A program made the position numbers and the translations under genes. Below are positions 1-10,049 of a stretch of 64,000 nucleotides of DNA, one piece after another (position 1 is the first letter of the stretch; every line of letters begins with the position of its first letter). This stretch comes from Pararhizobium sp. (lineage in GTDB: Bacteria > Pseudomonadota > Alphaproteobacteria > Rhizobiales > Rhizobiaceae): positions 10,875-74,874 of the forward strand of contig NZ_DATJDJ010000180.1 in assembly GCF_035497515.1 (NCBI RefSeq), written 5' to 3'. The notes below the pieces were generated by a model. That model ran no database searches. It was not told where the DNA came from and saw nothing but the letters and a program-made list of their open reading frames with translations.

Positions 1-1
1 C

Positions 2-1792
2 CATTCGGCAAATTATGCAATCGGCGATATCTACCGGGCAATCGGCGAGACGAAAACCACTCTGCTTTTCGTCAATACCCGCAGCCAGGCCGAGCGCGTT
101 TTCCAGGAGTTATGGACCATCAATGACGACAACCTGCCGATTGCCCTGCACCACGGCTCGCTCGATGTCGGCCAGCGACGCAAGGTCGAGGCGGCCATGT
201 CCGAAAACAAGCTGCGTGCCGTGGTCGCCACCTCGACGCTCGATCTCGGCATCGACTGGGGTGATGTCGACATGGTCATCCATGTCGGCGCGCCTAAGGG
301 GGCGTCCCGCCTTGCCCAGCGCATCGGCCGCGCCAATCATCGCATGGACGAGCCGAGCCGCGCCATCCTGGTTCCGGCCAATCGTTTCGAGGTGATGGAG
401 TGCCAAGCGGCGCTGGATGCCAACTATCTCGGCGCCCAGGATACGCCACCGGTGGGCAAGGGCGCGCTCGATGTGCTCGCTCAGCATGTGCTCGGCATGG
501 CCTGCGCCGCCCCGTTCGATCCGCTGGAGCTTTACGCCGAAATCACCAGCGCTTCGCCCTATGCCACGCTCCCCTGGGAAACCTTCGAGCGCATCATCGA
601 TTTTGTCGCCACCGGCGGCTATGCGCTGCGCACCTATGAACGTTACGCCAAGATCCGCAAGACGGTCGAAGGCCTCTGGCGCGTCTCTAACCCGCAGATC
701 GCCCAGCAATATCGCCTCAACGTCGGCACGATCGTCGAATCCCCGATGCTCAATGTGCGCATGGTCAAGCACAATGCCCGCGGCTCGCTCGGGCGCGGCG
801 GCCCCGGTCGGGGAGGAATGGCACTCGGCAAGGTCGAGGAATATTTCATCGAGATGCTGTCGCCCGGCGACACCTTCCTATTTTCCGGCAAGGTGCTGCG
901 CTTCGAGGGCATCCGCGAGAGCGAGTGCCTGGTCAGCCAGGGTTATAAGCTCGACCCGAAGGTCCCCTCCTACAATGGCGGCAAGTTTCCGTTGTCGACC
1001 TATCTCGCCAGCCAAGTTCGCAAGATGCTGGCCGATCCCGCCCGTCACACGTCCCTGCCTGATCAGGTGCGTGACTGGCTGTCGCTGCAGAACGACCTGT
1101 CGATGCTGCCGAAGGAAGACGAACTCCTGATCGAGACTTTTCCACGCGGCAGCCGGCATTACATGGTTATCTACGCCTTCGAGGGGCGGCTGGCACACCA
1201 GACGCTCGGCATGCTGCTCACCCGCCGGCTCGACCGCGCCGGGCTGAAGCCGCTTGGCTTCGTCGCCACCGATTATTCGCTGGCGATCTGGGGGTTGGAG
1301 GATCTCGGCGTCGCCTTCCGCAAGGGCCGGCCGGCACTTGCCAACCTGTTCGACGAGGACATGCTCGGCGACGACCTGGAGGCCTGGCTGAACGAGAGCT
1401 TCCTCCTGAAGCGCACTTTCCGCAATTGCGCCGTGATCGCCGGCCTGATCGACCAGCGCCATCCCGGCAAGGAAAAGAGCGGCCGGCAGGTCACCGTCTC
1501 GGCCGATCTCATCTATGACGTCCTGCGCAGCCACGAGCCCGATCACATCCTGCTGGAAGCGACCCGCAACGATGCCTCGACGGGACTTTTGGAGATCGAG
1601 CGGCTTGGCGATATGCTGGCGCGAATCAAGGGTCGCATCACCCACCGTCCGCTGACACGGATTTCGCCACTGGCCGTGCCGGTCATGCTGGAAATCGGCA
1701 GGGAATCGGTCAATGGCGACGCGCAGGACTTCCTGCTTGCGGAAGCCGCCGACGAACTGTTCGATGATGTGACCGGCGAGCACCACCTTTGA
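2..1792 (+). CDS. lhr: Lhr-like ligase-associated DEXH-box helicase (5' end outside window)
   Basis: Frame is open from base 2 (HSANYAIG...FVNTRSQAE). It carries SF2 helicase motifs HHGSL, ATSTLDLGIDWG and QRIGRANH, and a metallophosphoesterase gene follows immediately. Confidence 0.9.
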   Translation, partial: HSANYAIGDIYRAIGETKTTLLFVNTRSQAERVFQELWTINDDNLPIALHHGSLDVGQRRKVEAAMSENKLRAVVATSTLDLGIDWGDVDMVIHVGAPKGASRLAQRIGRANHRMDEPSRAILVPANRFEVMECQAALDANYLGAQDTPPVGKGALDVLAQHVLGMACAAPFDPLELYAEITSASPYATLPWETFERIIDFVATGGYALRTYERYAKIRKTVEGLWRVSNPQIAQQYRLNVGTIVESPMLNVRMVKHNARGSLGRGGPGRGGMALGKVEEYFIEMLSPGDTFLFSGKVLRFEGIRESECLVSQGYKLDPKVPSYNGGKFPLSTYLASQVRKMLADPARHTSLPDQVRDWLSLQNDLSMLPKEDELLIETFPRGSRHYMVIYAFEGRLAHQTLGMLLTRRLDRAGLKPLGFVATDYSLAIWGLEDLGVAFRKGRPALANLFDEDMLGDDLEAWLNESFLLKRTFRNCAVIAGLIDQRHPGKEKSGRQVTVSADLIYDVLRSHEPDHILLEATRNDASTGLLEIERLGDMLARIKGRITHRPLTRISPLAVPVMLEIGRESVNGDAQDFLLAEAADELFDDVTGEHHL

Positions 1793-1809
1793 CGTCGCGC
1801 CGGAAAACC

Positions 1810-2535
1810 ATGCATCGCATCACCCATGCCCTTTCTGCCCTGCCGGACAATCCGGCTTTGTCTGCCCGGATCGCCATCAACGGCGTCGCCGCGATCTGCG
1901 ATCCGCTGGGCGGGCTCTACTTGCCGGATCTCGATATCCTCGTTGTCTCCGATCTGCATCTGGAAAAGGGCTCGGCCTTTGCCCGCCGCGGCATGATGCT
2001 GCCACCCTACGATACGCTGGCGACGCTGCGCATCCTGGAAGCCGTCATCGCCCGCCACGATCCCAAGACCGTCATCAGCCTCGGCGACAATTTCCACGAC
2101 CCCGTCGGCTCCGCCCTGATGCCGGAACAGTTTCGCGGCATGATCGAGACGATGGCGCGCGGACGCGAATGGATCTGGATCAACGGCAACCATGATCCCG
2201 ACGGCACCATCGGCCTGCCCGGCACCTCCGCCAACGAACTCCACTATGCCGGCCTGATCTTTCGCCACGAACCGGAAATGAATGGGGCCGCCGGCGAGAT
2301 CGCCGGCCATCTCCATCCGGCCGCCACCGTGACGCGCCGTGAAAAACGCGTCCGCCGCGCCTGTTTTGCCACCGACAACCGCCGCCTGATCATGCCCGCC
2401 TTCGGCGTCACCACCGGCGGGCTCGACCTGCGCCACAAGGCCATGCACGGCCTGTTCGACCGCACCAACCTCGTCGCCCATATGCTCGGTCGCGACCGAA
2501 TCTATTCGGTTCGGTTCTCGAACCTGCTGGGGTGA
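1810..2535 (+). CDS. pdeM: Ligase-associated DNA damage response endonuclease (metallophosphoesterase)
   Basis: Calcineurin-like motifs DLHLEK, LGDNFHD, GNHD, HEP and GHLHP; directly downstream of lhr. Confidence 0.88.
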   Translation: MHRITHALSALPDNPALSARIAINGVAAICDPLGGLYLPDLDILVVSDLHLEKGSAFARRGMMLPPYDTLATLRILEAVIARHDPKTVISLGDNFHDPVGSALMPEQFRGMIETMARGREWIWINGNHDPDGTIGLPGTSANELHYAGLIFRHEPEMNGAAGEIAGHLHPAATVTRREKRVRRACFATDNRRLIMPAFGVTTGGLDLRHKAMHGLFDRTNLVAHMLGRDRIYSVRFSNLLG

Positions 2536-2627
2536 CCGACGCAGACCGGCCCAAGAAACCGCTTGCAATTTGCAATCAGACTTATCATCATTCGGCCTAA
2601 TGAAACCCGGTTTTGGGAGAAGTGACC

Positions 2628-3185
2628 GTGGCCAAGCTGTGTATCTGGAATCTCGTCACACTCGACGGCTTTTTCGAAGGCGAGACGAAGTGGGACCTTC
2701 AGTTCCACGGGCGCGCCTGGGGTCCGGAGCTCGCCAAGCTGTCGAAGGAATATGGTGATACGACGGACACTCTGGTCTTCGGCCGCGTCACCTATGAGGG
2801 CATGAAGGCCTATTGGACGACGGCGGAAGAGGAAGACGAGGTCAAGGCCTTCATGAACGGCCTGCCGAAGCTCGTCGCCTCGCGCACCATCACGGCAAGC
2901 GACTGGAACAACACCACGGTCACCGCCGATATCGTCGAGGATATCACCCGCCTGAAACAGACGGCCACCAAGCCGATCCGCGTTTTCGGCAGCAGCGAAC
3001 TCTGCGACAGCCTGCTCAAGGCCGGCCTGGTCGACGAGATCATGCTCTGCGTCGTGCCGGTCCTGCTCGGTCGCGGCACGCCGTTCTTCAAGCCGGGCCG
3101 CGACACGACGACGCTCACGCTGAAAAGCTCGACGACGACGGCCGGCGGTTCGGTTATCCTCACCTATGATGTCGAGAACGGCTGA
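2628..3185 (+). CDS. Dihydrofolate reductase / RibD C-terminal family protein
   Basis: TLDGFFEG, FGRVTYE and LVDE...VPVLLGRGTPF motifs; GTG start after GGAG. Confidence 0.8.
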   Translation: MAKLCIWNLVTLDGFFEGETKWDLQFHGRAWGPELAKLSKEYGDTTDTLVFGRVTYEGMKAYWTTAEEEDEVKAFMNGLPKLVASRTITASDWNNTTVTADIVEDITRLKQTATKPIRVFGSSELCDSLLKAGLVDEIMLCVVPVLLGRGTPFFKPGRDTTTLTLKSSTTTAGGSVILTYDVENG

Positions 3186-3191
3186 AACGGC

Positions 3192-3428
3192 TTAAAACGC
3201 GTTGAACGTCAATGTCGTCAGCGACCGGTTGATGCCCGGCACCGTGGCGATATTGTCGTTGATGAATTTGCCGATGTCCTGCTCTTCATCGACATAGACC
3301 TTGATCAGCAGGTCGTAATCGCCGCTGGTCGAATACATTTCCGAAACAATTTCCTTCTTGTAGATCACGTCGGCCACCTCATAGGTCTTGCCGGGGGCGC
3401 ATTGCAGCTGGACGAAAATCGGCTTCAT
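3192..3428 (-). CDS. Stand-alone Lrp/AsnC ligand-binding (RAM) domain protein
   Basis: 78 aa; YSTSGDYDLLIKV and PGINRSLT are typical AsnC C-terminal motifs; GGAG SD upstream. Confidence 0.8.
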   Translation of the reverse strand: MKPIFVQLQCAPGKTYEVADVIYKKEIVSEMYSTSGDYDLLIKVYVDEEQDIGKFINDNIATVPGINRSLTTLTFNAF

Positions 3429-3632
3429 GGCACGGGTCTCCTGATATCTTCACCGGAAATAGCCTGTTTTGGCGGCGAGGCAAACCCGTGACGGAACAAC
3501 CGATACAGAAACCACAGGCGCTGCGGAACTGACGAAGCGGATTGGCCTTCCCGCCACGTTCCGGGGCCGCAGTCGGCGGATTCATGGGCGCGCCGTTACG
3601 AACACCCGGCAGATTTCGTCATACAGGAAAAC

Positions 3633-4421
3633 TCAGTCCCGGCGGAAGACGATACTGGCGATCCAGCCGGTGACAACCGCCAGAAGCACGGCGATGATGC
3701 CGTAGAGGAAGGGCGACTCGTGCGCCGCGCGGGTGATGGCCTGCTCTAGGCCGGTCTTGACGACACGCAATGGCAGCGCTTTGGCTGCGACGAAAACCCC
3801 GTCCCGAAACAGATAGGCGCGCACGGTATGCACACCGTTGGGAACATCGGCCGGCAAGCGGACCGACGCCTTGAACAGGCTGGAGCTGATGAACTGCACG
3901 CCGCCGGGATCGCGTTGATAGACGCCGTTCGTCTCGCGCAGGCGGCGGAAGGCGTCGCGGAATTCCGTCAGGTTGCTGCCGTCGCCGATATAACCGAGCG
4001 GGATCAGCGGCATATGTGCGACGCCGATACCCATGTTTGTCATGTCGCCGGGCGGCGCGATGGTCTCGATGTCGCGCGTGCTCGACAGCGAGTAGGATTC
4101 CGGCACCAGTTCGAAGGTCATGGAATTGGTGTTGATCCAGATGCCGAAGACGCGCTCCTTCTTGCGCACCGTGGTGTTTTCCTTCGGCCCTTCGAGCGCC
4201 ACGACGATATTGTACTTGCCCTGCGCCAGGATATTGGGGTCGAAGCCGTCGATCGCCCCGAAGATCGTCAGGTCCGCGCCGCGAAAATCCGATGTGATCG
4301 AGATTTCGTCGGTGGAGATGCCGATATCCAGCTTTTCGGCGAAATCGATCGGCTCCGCCTGCACGGCCATCGGCAGTGCGAGAGTGGCAGCCAGCAGGAG
4401 GGGGCGCATCGAGATCCACAT
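3633..4421 (-). CDS. TIGR02186-family conserved membrane protein
   Basis: Signal peptide, ITSDFRGADLTIFGA, RKKERVFGIWIN and a C-terminal TM helix; start abuts the stop of the upstream TauE gene. Confidence 0.8.
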   Translation of the reverse strand: MWISMRPLLLAATLALPMAVQAEPIDFAEKLDIGISTDEISITSDFRGADLTIFGAIDGFDPNILAQGKYNIVVALEGPKENTTVRKKERVFGIWINTNSMTFELVPESYSLSSTRDIETIAPPGDMTNMGIGVAHMPLIPLGYIGDGSNLTEFRDAFRRLRETNGVYQRDPGGVQFISSSLFKASVRLPADVPNGVHTVRAYLFRDGVFVAAKALPLRVVKTGLEQAITRAAHESPFLYGIIAVLLAVVTGWIASIVFRRD

Positions 4422-5347
4422 CAGAAACCGAACCCCGCGGAAACGATCGAATAGATTTCCTTCGGCGGAATGATGAGTTCGATGGCAAGACGGATGCCGA
4501 CCGCAAGAACCAGCAGCGCCAGGAGCGCCCGCAATTGTTCGCCACGCAGCCGCTGGCCGACGCGGACACCATATTGCGCACCGATCACGCCGGCGATCAT
4601 CAGAACGAAGGCAAGCACGATATCGACCGTATAGTTCGCCGTCGCCTGGACGATGACCGTATAGGCCGAGACGAAGATGATCTGGAACAGCGAGGTACCG
4701 ACGACGACGTTGGTCGGGATGCGCAGGAGATAGATCATCGCCGGCACCATGATGAAACCGCCGCCGACACCCATGACTGAGGTCAGGATGCCGATGCAGA
4801 AGCCGAGCGCGACAATCGGGATGACGCTCAGATAGATCTTGGATTTCTTGAACCGCATCTTCAGCGGCAACCGGTGCACCCAGTTGTGATGGCCGGGCCG
4901 CTTCAGCGTGACGGTCTCGTTGCGGGCGGCGCGGCGCAGGGCGATCATGCTTTCCCACAGCATCAACGAGCCGACAGTGCCGAGCAGCAGCACATAGGCG
5001 AGCGAAATGACGAGGTCGAGCTGGCCGATGCGGCGCAGCAGCGCGAAAATCCAGATGCCGACGGTGGCGCCAGCGAGACCGCCGCAGAGCAACACCGTCC
5101 CCAGCTTGATATCGATCGTGCCGCGCCGGAAATGGGTGATGGCGCCGGAGATCGACGAGGCGACGACCTGGTTGGCGCCGGTGGCGACAGCGACGACCGG
5201 CGGGATGTTGTAGAAGATCAGGAGCGGCGTGATCAGGAAGCCGCCGCCGACACCGAACATGCCCGACAGGAAGCCCACGGCCGCGCCCATGCCGAGGATG
5301 ATGAGTATGTTCACCGACAACTCTGCGATGGGCAGATACACTGTCAC
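4421..5347 (-). CDS. TauE/SafE (TSUP) family transporter
   Basis: Two GxFGVGGGF-type repeats; multiple TM helices. Confidence 0.88.
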   Translation of the reverse strand: MTVYLPIAELSVNILIILGMGAAVGFLSGMFGVGGGFLITPLLIFYNIPPVVAVATGANQVVASSISGAITHFRRGTIDIKLGTVLLCGGLAGATVGIWIFALLRRIGQLDLVISLAYVLLLGTVGSLMLWESMIALRRAARNETVTLKRPGHHNWVHRLPLKMRFKKSKIYLSVIPIVALGFCIGILTSVMGVGGGFIMVPAMIYLLRIPTNVVVGTSLFQIIFVSAYTVIVQATANYTVDIVLAFVLMIAGVIGAQYGVRVGQRLRGEQLRALLALLVLAVGIRLAIELIIPPKEIYSIVSAGFGF

Positions 5348-5599
5348 GGCCGGACCTCAAAATATGCCAATAGCCCGCAATGCGGGCGGAAAACGTCAGA
5401 GTGGCAACTGATTCACCACGGGAAATTCTTAAAGGATGGAAGGGCCTGAAAACCAATTGTGAAAATTGCGATTTCAATGTCATTCCGTCATGCGCTTGGG
5501 GTCAAACCTGTCAACCTTCTGCAAGGCCGCAGTCTACCCCCTCGCCGTTCTCTTTGTGCGGTCGGTCTGCGGCATGAATAGGGCCGCAGACGCCATGTT

Positions 5600-8500
5600 C
5601 TAGCCGTTCCGCTTCAGCAGTTCCTTGACCAGCGCATCGGTGATCTGGCCGGTCGGCTCCTGGCCGATCGATTTCTGGAAGGCCTTGATCGCCGAGACGG
5701 TCTTCTGCCCCATCTCGCCATCCGGTTTTCCAGCGTTGAAACCGTTGTTGTTGAGGATCGCCTGGATGTTGCGCAGCGCCTTCTTCATGTCGACCGACGC
5801 GGTCTTCACACCCTTGCCGACCCAGGCATCCGGCACGTCGACCGAATTCGCGTCGGCAGCGAGCGGCGTCACCTTCCAGGCTTCGAACTTGGCCTTGGCG
5901 CTCTCCAGTTGTTCGGGCTTCAAGGCCTTGCCGACTTCGTCGCGCTTCTGGGCGGCATCGGTATCGCCGTCGCGGGCAGCGACCGCGAACCACTTGTAGG
6001 ATTCTTCCAGGTCCTGCTTCACGCCGTTGCCACGCGCGTACAGGATTGCCAGGTTGAACTGGCTGTCGCGGATGCCGTGTTCGGCAGCTTCGCCAAACCA
6101 CCTTCCGGCAGCCGCGAAGTCCGGCGACGATGCGCCGCCGCTTGCCAGCATGACGGCAAGATTGTGCATGGCGCTGGCATTGCCCTTTTCGGCGGCCTGC
6201 AGATAGAGCGTGCGCGCCTTCGGAAGATCGCGGGCAACGCCGCTGCCCTTTTCATACAGGCTCGCAAGACGGTACTGGGCTGGGATGACGCCGGCATCGG
6301 CGGAACGCTGGTACCATTTTGCGGCTTCGGCCAGATCGGCCTTGACGCCACGGCCTTCGGTATAAATAGCGCCGATCTCGAACATTGCCAGCGGGTCACC
6401 CTTCTTGGCTGCTTCGACCAGCGCTTCCGGCTTGATCTCGGAGGGAACGGCGATGTCAGCGGCGGCGGCCGGTGCTGCGGCTTCCGCCTGGGCGCCATCG
6501 GCCTTCGTCGCATCGAGACTGGTAGCCGTATCCGACGGGACGGGAGCCAGCATCTGCGATGCGTCGTCGGTTGCCGGCTTGACGGGTTCGACCTGCGGCA
6601 GGCTCTGCTCCGGTGTTGTGGTTTCCGGCTGGCTCGTCTGAGGCTCGGCCATCGCCGATTGCCCGGCCTCGTCCTCGCCACCATCCTGCCCGACCGCGTC
6701 CTGCCCCGTTGCATCCTGGGTGGCCGTATCTTCTCCAGCCTGCGGCTGCAACGTGCTCAGCGGCTCGACATTGTCGCCGTCGACAGTCTCTTCAGCCGGC
6801 GTCACCGGTGCGACATCAGCGGCCGCCTGCACATCCTTGCCGACCGGTTGTTCGATGACGGCGACCGGAGCACGATCGCCACGGATCAGCGTGTTGACCA
6901 GCGGATAGGACATGATCGCCAGCAAGACTGCGCCGACGGCCATCAGGACCGGGCGGCGATGACGGGCAAAGGCGCCGCCGATCGCCGACGGCGAAGCACC
7001 GCTCTTGCCGCGACTGAGGGTATCGACCTCTTCGACGGCCAACTGCGCTGCGCGGCGCGCGGCGGCGATGAAATCGGCCTTGTCGCCTTCGCTCGGCTGG
7101 GCGGCGCGGGCATTCTGGCCGGCGCGGACACGCTCAAGGATTTTCTTTACGTCCGGCACGCCGGAGCCCGGCTCCAGGAGCTGGTTGGCCATGTCCGGCT
7201 CGATCGTCTCGGCCGCATCCATCGGCGGCGTCGGATCGACGATCTGGCGCTCGACCGGACGCACCGGCTCGCTGCGCTTTCCGGAGAAACGCCTGGCAAG
7301 TCCGGCCAGCAGGCCGGACTTGCCGGCAGGAGTTGCCGTCGTCTTCTTTATATCGACCTGCTCGACATCAGCCGGGTCCGAGACGACGAAGGTTTCGGCC
7401 ATTTCGGCGCGCGCCGGAATAGCAGGCTCGCTCATAGCAGGCTCGGCCTCGGTGGCCAGCGCATGCATGTCGCGCTTCAGGTCCTCATAACGGCTGCCCA
7501 GCTCGGCCTCAGCGAAAGGATCATCCTGCGCGTCGAAAACCGGCTGCGACGCCCTGGGCATTTCCGGCTGACGTTGTTCCTGATAGTCGCGCAGACCGAA
7601 GGTCCGCGGCACTTCCTGAGCGACGCCGCGTTCTTCCAGTCGTTCCAGCTTCTCGGCGATATGAACGAGCGTTTCATGCAGGGCTTCGAACGTGCGTGCC
7701 GTGCGATCCTCGCTGGAGCGGCTCAAGTCTTCGAGAACCTTCAGGTCATCGGCCAGCGCCGAGATCGCCGCCATGTCGGCGCCGCCGGACGCGATCTGCG
7801 CGGGGCCGTTCTTCGAATAGGCTTCCATCACCGCTTCTGCCGCCTGGCGGGCAGCCTCGATGATATATTCGTCGCTGGTCGCCAGATATTCCTCGAGCGC
7901 CGTCATCCGGCCTTCGAATTCGGCGGGCACGGCAGCCGATGCAACGATCTCGCGCGGCTGGCTGACGAGGCTCGACAGGTTGGCGATCTGGTCCTGCAGG
8001 CTGCGCAGGATTTCGCTGTCGTCCTGCGGCGCGGCATGGGTTTCCTCAAGACGGATGGCAATATCCGTCAGCTGGTCCTCAAGCCGGGTGAACCGGTCGT
8101 TGCCGGCAAAGGAAACCGGCGCAGCATCGAGCGAATCGATCCGGCGGGCGAGGTCGTCGAGACGTTCGGCAAGCGCGTCATTGACGGCACCCTGGTCGAG
8201 CGCGTCGATCTTGCGCGAAATATCGCTGAGATAGTCCGTCAGATCCGGCTGGACCGCAGCCTTCTGCGACCGCTCCATCATCATCGACAACTGGTCGAGC
8301 CGCTCCTCGAGACGGACGGCGGCCTCTTCGCTGGCCAGTTCCTCGACACGGGAGGTCAGCGCCTCGATCCGCGCAGCCAGGCCACCGTCGTTCGGGTGCG
8401 ACAGAACGTCGAGCCGGTGCGAGAGATCGGCCAGATGGGTTTCGACACGATTGACACCGGACATGTCCGGGGCTGCCGAAAGGCTTTCGATCTGACGAGA

Positions 8501-9673
8501 CAGGTCGGCAAGCCGGCCCTCGACGCGGGTTACGGCGGCATTGTCGGGCGTTGCCGTGCGGCCGCCGGCGACGATCGCCCGGCTGATTTCGTCGAGACGG
8601 GCATCGAGATCGGAGAACTGTGACGCCAGGCGGCGGTCGTCCGGCTGCATGTGGCGGCCGATCAGCTCGATCGCCTGGGCGACCGAGACCAGCTTGTCTT
8701 CCAGTGCATGCAGCGCCGGGCCGCTGTTCATCGAGCCGATCTGCGTCTTGATCTCGTCGAGACGGTAGGCCAGCGCCACCAGTTCGTCATCGCGGTTGGT
8801 ATCGAACACGTTCAGCCGGTCTTCGACGCCGGTCCAGCGCGTTTCCATGCGGCGCACGCTGTCCTCGCGGGCAAGGCCGTCGATCATCGTGCGCAGGTCG
8901 TCGAATTCGTGCTTCAACTCATCCGTTTGGGCAGGCGACGCCTGCCGGCCAAGCTGGTTGATGCTGTCGGCCAATCGCTGCAGGTCGCCGCGCATGTCCT
9001 CGGCCAGCGTCTGGTCCTGGCCCGCATCCGCGGTAATGCCGCGGATTTCGGCACGCAATGTTTCCATTTCGCGGGCAAGCCCGTCGGCAATGTCCTTCTT
9101 CAGTTCCTGGCGCAGGCCAACCAGCGACTGGGCAATCTCGGCCATCGCCGGGTCCGGACGCTGCGGCTCGCTGCGGAATTGCTCCGGGCGATAATTCTCC
9201 TGGCGCAGGTTTTCCTGGCGGATCGGCTCGTGGCGGGACGGTTCGCGGCGGACGGGCTCGCTCCGGAACGGTTCGCTGCGATAGACCTCGCTGCGCAGTC
9301 GTTCACTGAGCGGGCGCTCGGGAAGCGGCATCTCGCGCCTCGGCTGGACCGGAGCCCGCGCCGGACGGCGATCGTCGGAGCGCGCATCCTGTCCCGGCTG
9401 GACCCGTTCGCGGAGCGCGTCGCGCTCGCGGCTGGCGCTCAGCGCCCGCTGCCGCTGCATGATTTCGGAGATCGGGTCGTGGCGCGATGTGGGCGCTTCG
9501 CGCTCCGTGACGTCGCGGCCGCGCTGTTCACGTCCGCCGGTCCCCATCAACCCTTCGATGCGCGCTTCCAGTCCTTCGATCGTGCGGTTCAGCGCATCGA
9601 GGGACGACCTGTCGCCATAGGCGCCAGAACCCGGATTGCCCGAGCGTGGAGTGTTTGATCGCGATCCGTTCAT
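5600..9673 (-). CDS. podJ: Polar organelle development protein PodJ (coiled coil, TM, SEL1 repeats, peptidoglycan-binding domain)
   Basis: Long heptad coiled coil, TM segment (VLMAVGAVLLAIMSYPL), SEL1 repeats (AMHNLAV, SQFNLAILYARG) and a C-terminal PG-binding motif (DGEMGQKT..AIKAFQ). ATG at 9673 follows a GAGG SD. Confidence 0.85.
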   Translation of the reverse strand: MNGSRSNTPRSGNPGSGAYGDRSSLDALNRTIEGLEARIEGLMGTGGREQRGRDVTEREAPTSRHDPISEIMQRQRALSASRERDALRERVQPGQDARSDDRRPARAPVQPRREMPLPERPLSERLRSEVYRSEPFRSEPVRREPSRHEPIRQENLRQENYRPEQFRSEPQRPDPAMAEIAQSLVGLRQELKKDIADGLAREMETLRAEIRGITADAGQDQTLAEDMRGDLQRLADSINQLGRQASPAQTDELKHEFDDLRTMIDGLAREDSVRRMETRWTGVEDRLNVFDTNRDDELVALAYRLDEIKTQIGSMNSGPALHALEDKLVSVAQAIELIGRHMQPDDRRLASQFSDLDARLDEISRAIVAGGRTATPDNAAVTRVEGRLADLSRQIESLSAAPDMSGVNRVETHLADLSHRLDVLSHPNDGGLAARIEALTSRVEELASEEAAVRLEERLDQLSMMMERSQKAAVQPDLTDYLSDISRKIDALDQGAVNDALAERLDDLARRIDSLDAAPVSFAGNDRFTRLEDQLTDIAIRLEETHAAPQDDSEILRSLQDQIANLSSLVSQPREIVASAAVPAEFEGRMTALEEYLATSDEYIIEAARQAAEAVMEAYSKNGPAQIASGGADMAAISALADDLKVLEDLSRSSEDRTARTFEALHETLVHIAEKLERLEERGVAQEVPRTFGLRDYQEQRQPEMPRASQPVFDAQDDPFAEAELGSRYEDLKRDMHALATEAEPAMSEPAIPARAEMAETFVVSDPADVEQVDIKKTTATPAGKSGLLAGLARRFSGKRSEPVRPVERQIVDPTPPMDAAETIEPDMANQLLEPGSGVPDVKKILERVRAGQNARAAQPSEGDKADFIAAARRAAQLAVEEVDTLSRGKSGASPSAIGGAFARHRRPVLMAVGAVLLAIMSYPLVNTLIRGDRAPVAVIEQPVGKDVQAAADVAPVTPAEETVDGDNVEPLSTLQPQAGEDTATQDATGQDAVGQDGGEDEAGQSAMAEPQTSQPETTTPEQSLPQVEPVKPATDDASQMLAPVPSDTATSLDATKADGAQAEAAAPAAAADIAVPSEIKPEALVEAAKKGDPLAMFEIGAIYTEGRGVKADLAEAAKWYQRSADAGVIPAQYRLASLYEKGSGVARDLPKARTLYLQAAEKGNASAMHNLAVMLASGGASSPDFAAAGRWFGEAAEHGIRDSQFNLAILYARGNGVKQDLEESYKWFAVAARDGDTDAAQKRDEVGKALKPEQLESAKAKFEAWKVTPLAADANSVDVPDAWVGKGVKTASVDMKKALRNIQAILNNNGFNAGKPDGEMGQKTVSAIKAFQKSIGQEPTGQITDALVKELLKRNG

Positions 9674-9833
9674 CGTTTCTTCGCCTCTTTCCATCGGCCC
9701 AATCGGATTCTGGACATCTAAAGGCAAATCCCCACCTTCCGATCCGGTCCCCGATCCGGACAAGGCTGCAATGACGCGAAGACAGAACTTTTGCAGCCGT
9801 GACCATCTCAACATGCACTTTCACGAAACGTGG

Positions 9834-9849
9834 TAAACAAGCCGTTAAC
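9834..9849. promoter_or_regulatory. CtrA-box-like site upstream of podJ
   Basis: TAAA-caagccg-TTAAC, a one-mismatch fit to TTAA-N7-TTAAC. Confidence 0.55.
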
Positions 9850-9959
9850 CTCACTGAAAATTTTTTAACGATTTGAGCGCATGCTGGGGTTGGGGCGGCT
9901 TTCACATCACTGCTCCGGCTATCGGCCGGCCATCGATCAAAGTTTCCCGATTTGCCAAT

Positions 9960-9983
9960 TTTGACGTTTACGCAAACGTCAAA
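9960..9983. promoter_or_regulatory. LiuR-type palindromic operator upstream of acyl-CoA dehydrogenase
   Basis: TTTGACGTTT-ACGC-AAACGTCAAA with perfect 10-bp arms; similar motifs at 48016 and 55017. Confidence 0.7.
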
Positions 9984-10049
9984 GTTTTGTAGCATAGCGA
10001 ACATGACATGGCGCACCCATGACAGGGTTACAGGTGAGGAACAGGAAAC

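Noticed and set aside
3633-5483. 616-aa ORF suggesting a TauE-TIGR02186 fusion
   Set aside because: The upstream part is an off-frame overlap of the TauE gene; the real start is at about 4421.
5909-8623. 904-aa plus-strand ORF and similar long antisense ORFs (e.g. 9528-12041, 13493-15076, 34225-35688)
   Set aside because: These are shadow frames opposite well-supported genes, expected in high-GC DNA, and show no motifs.
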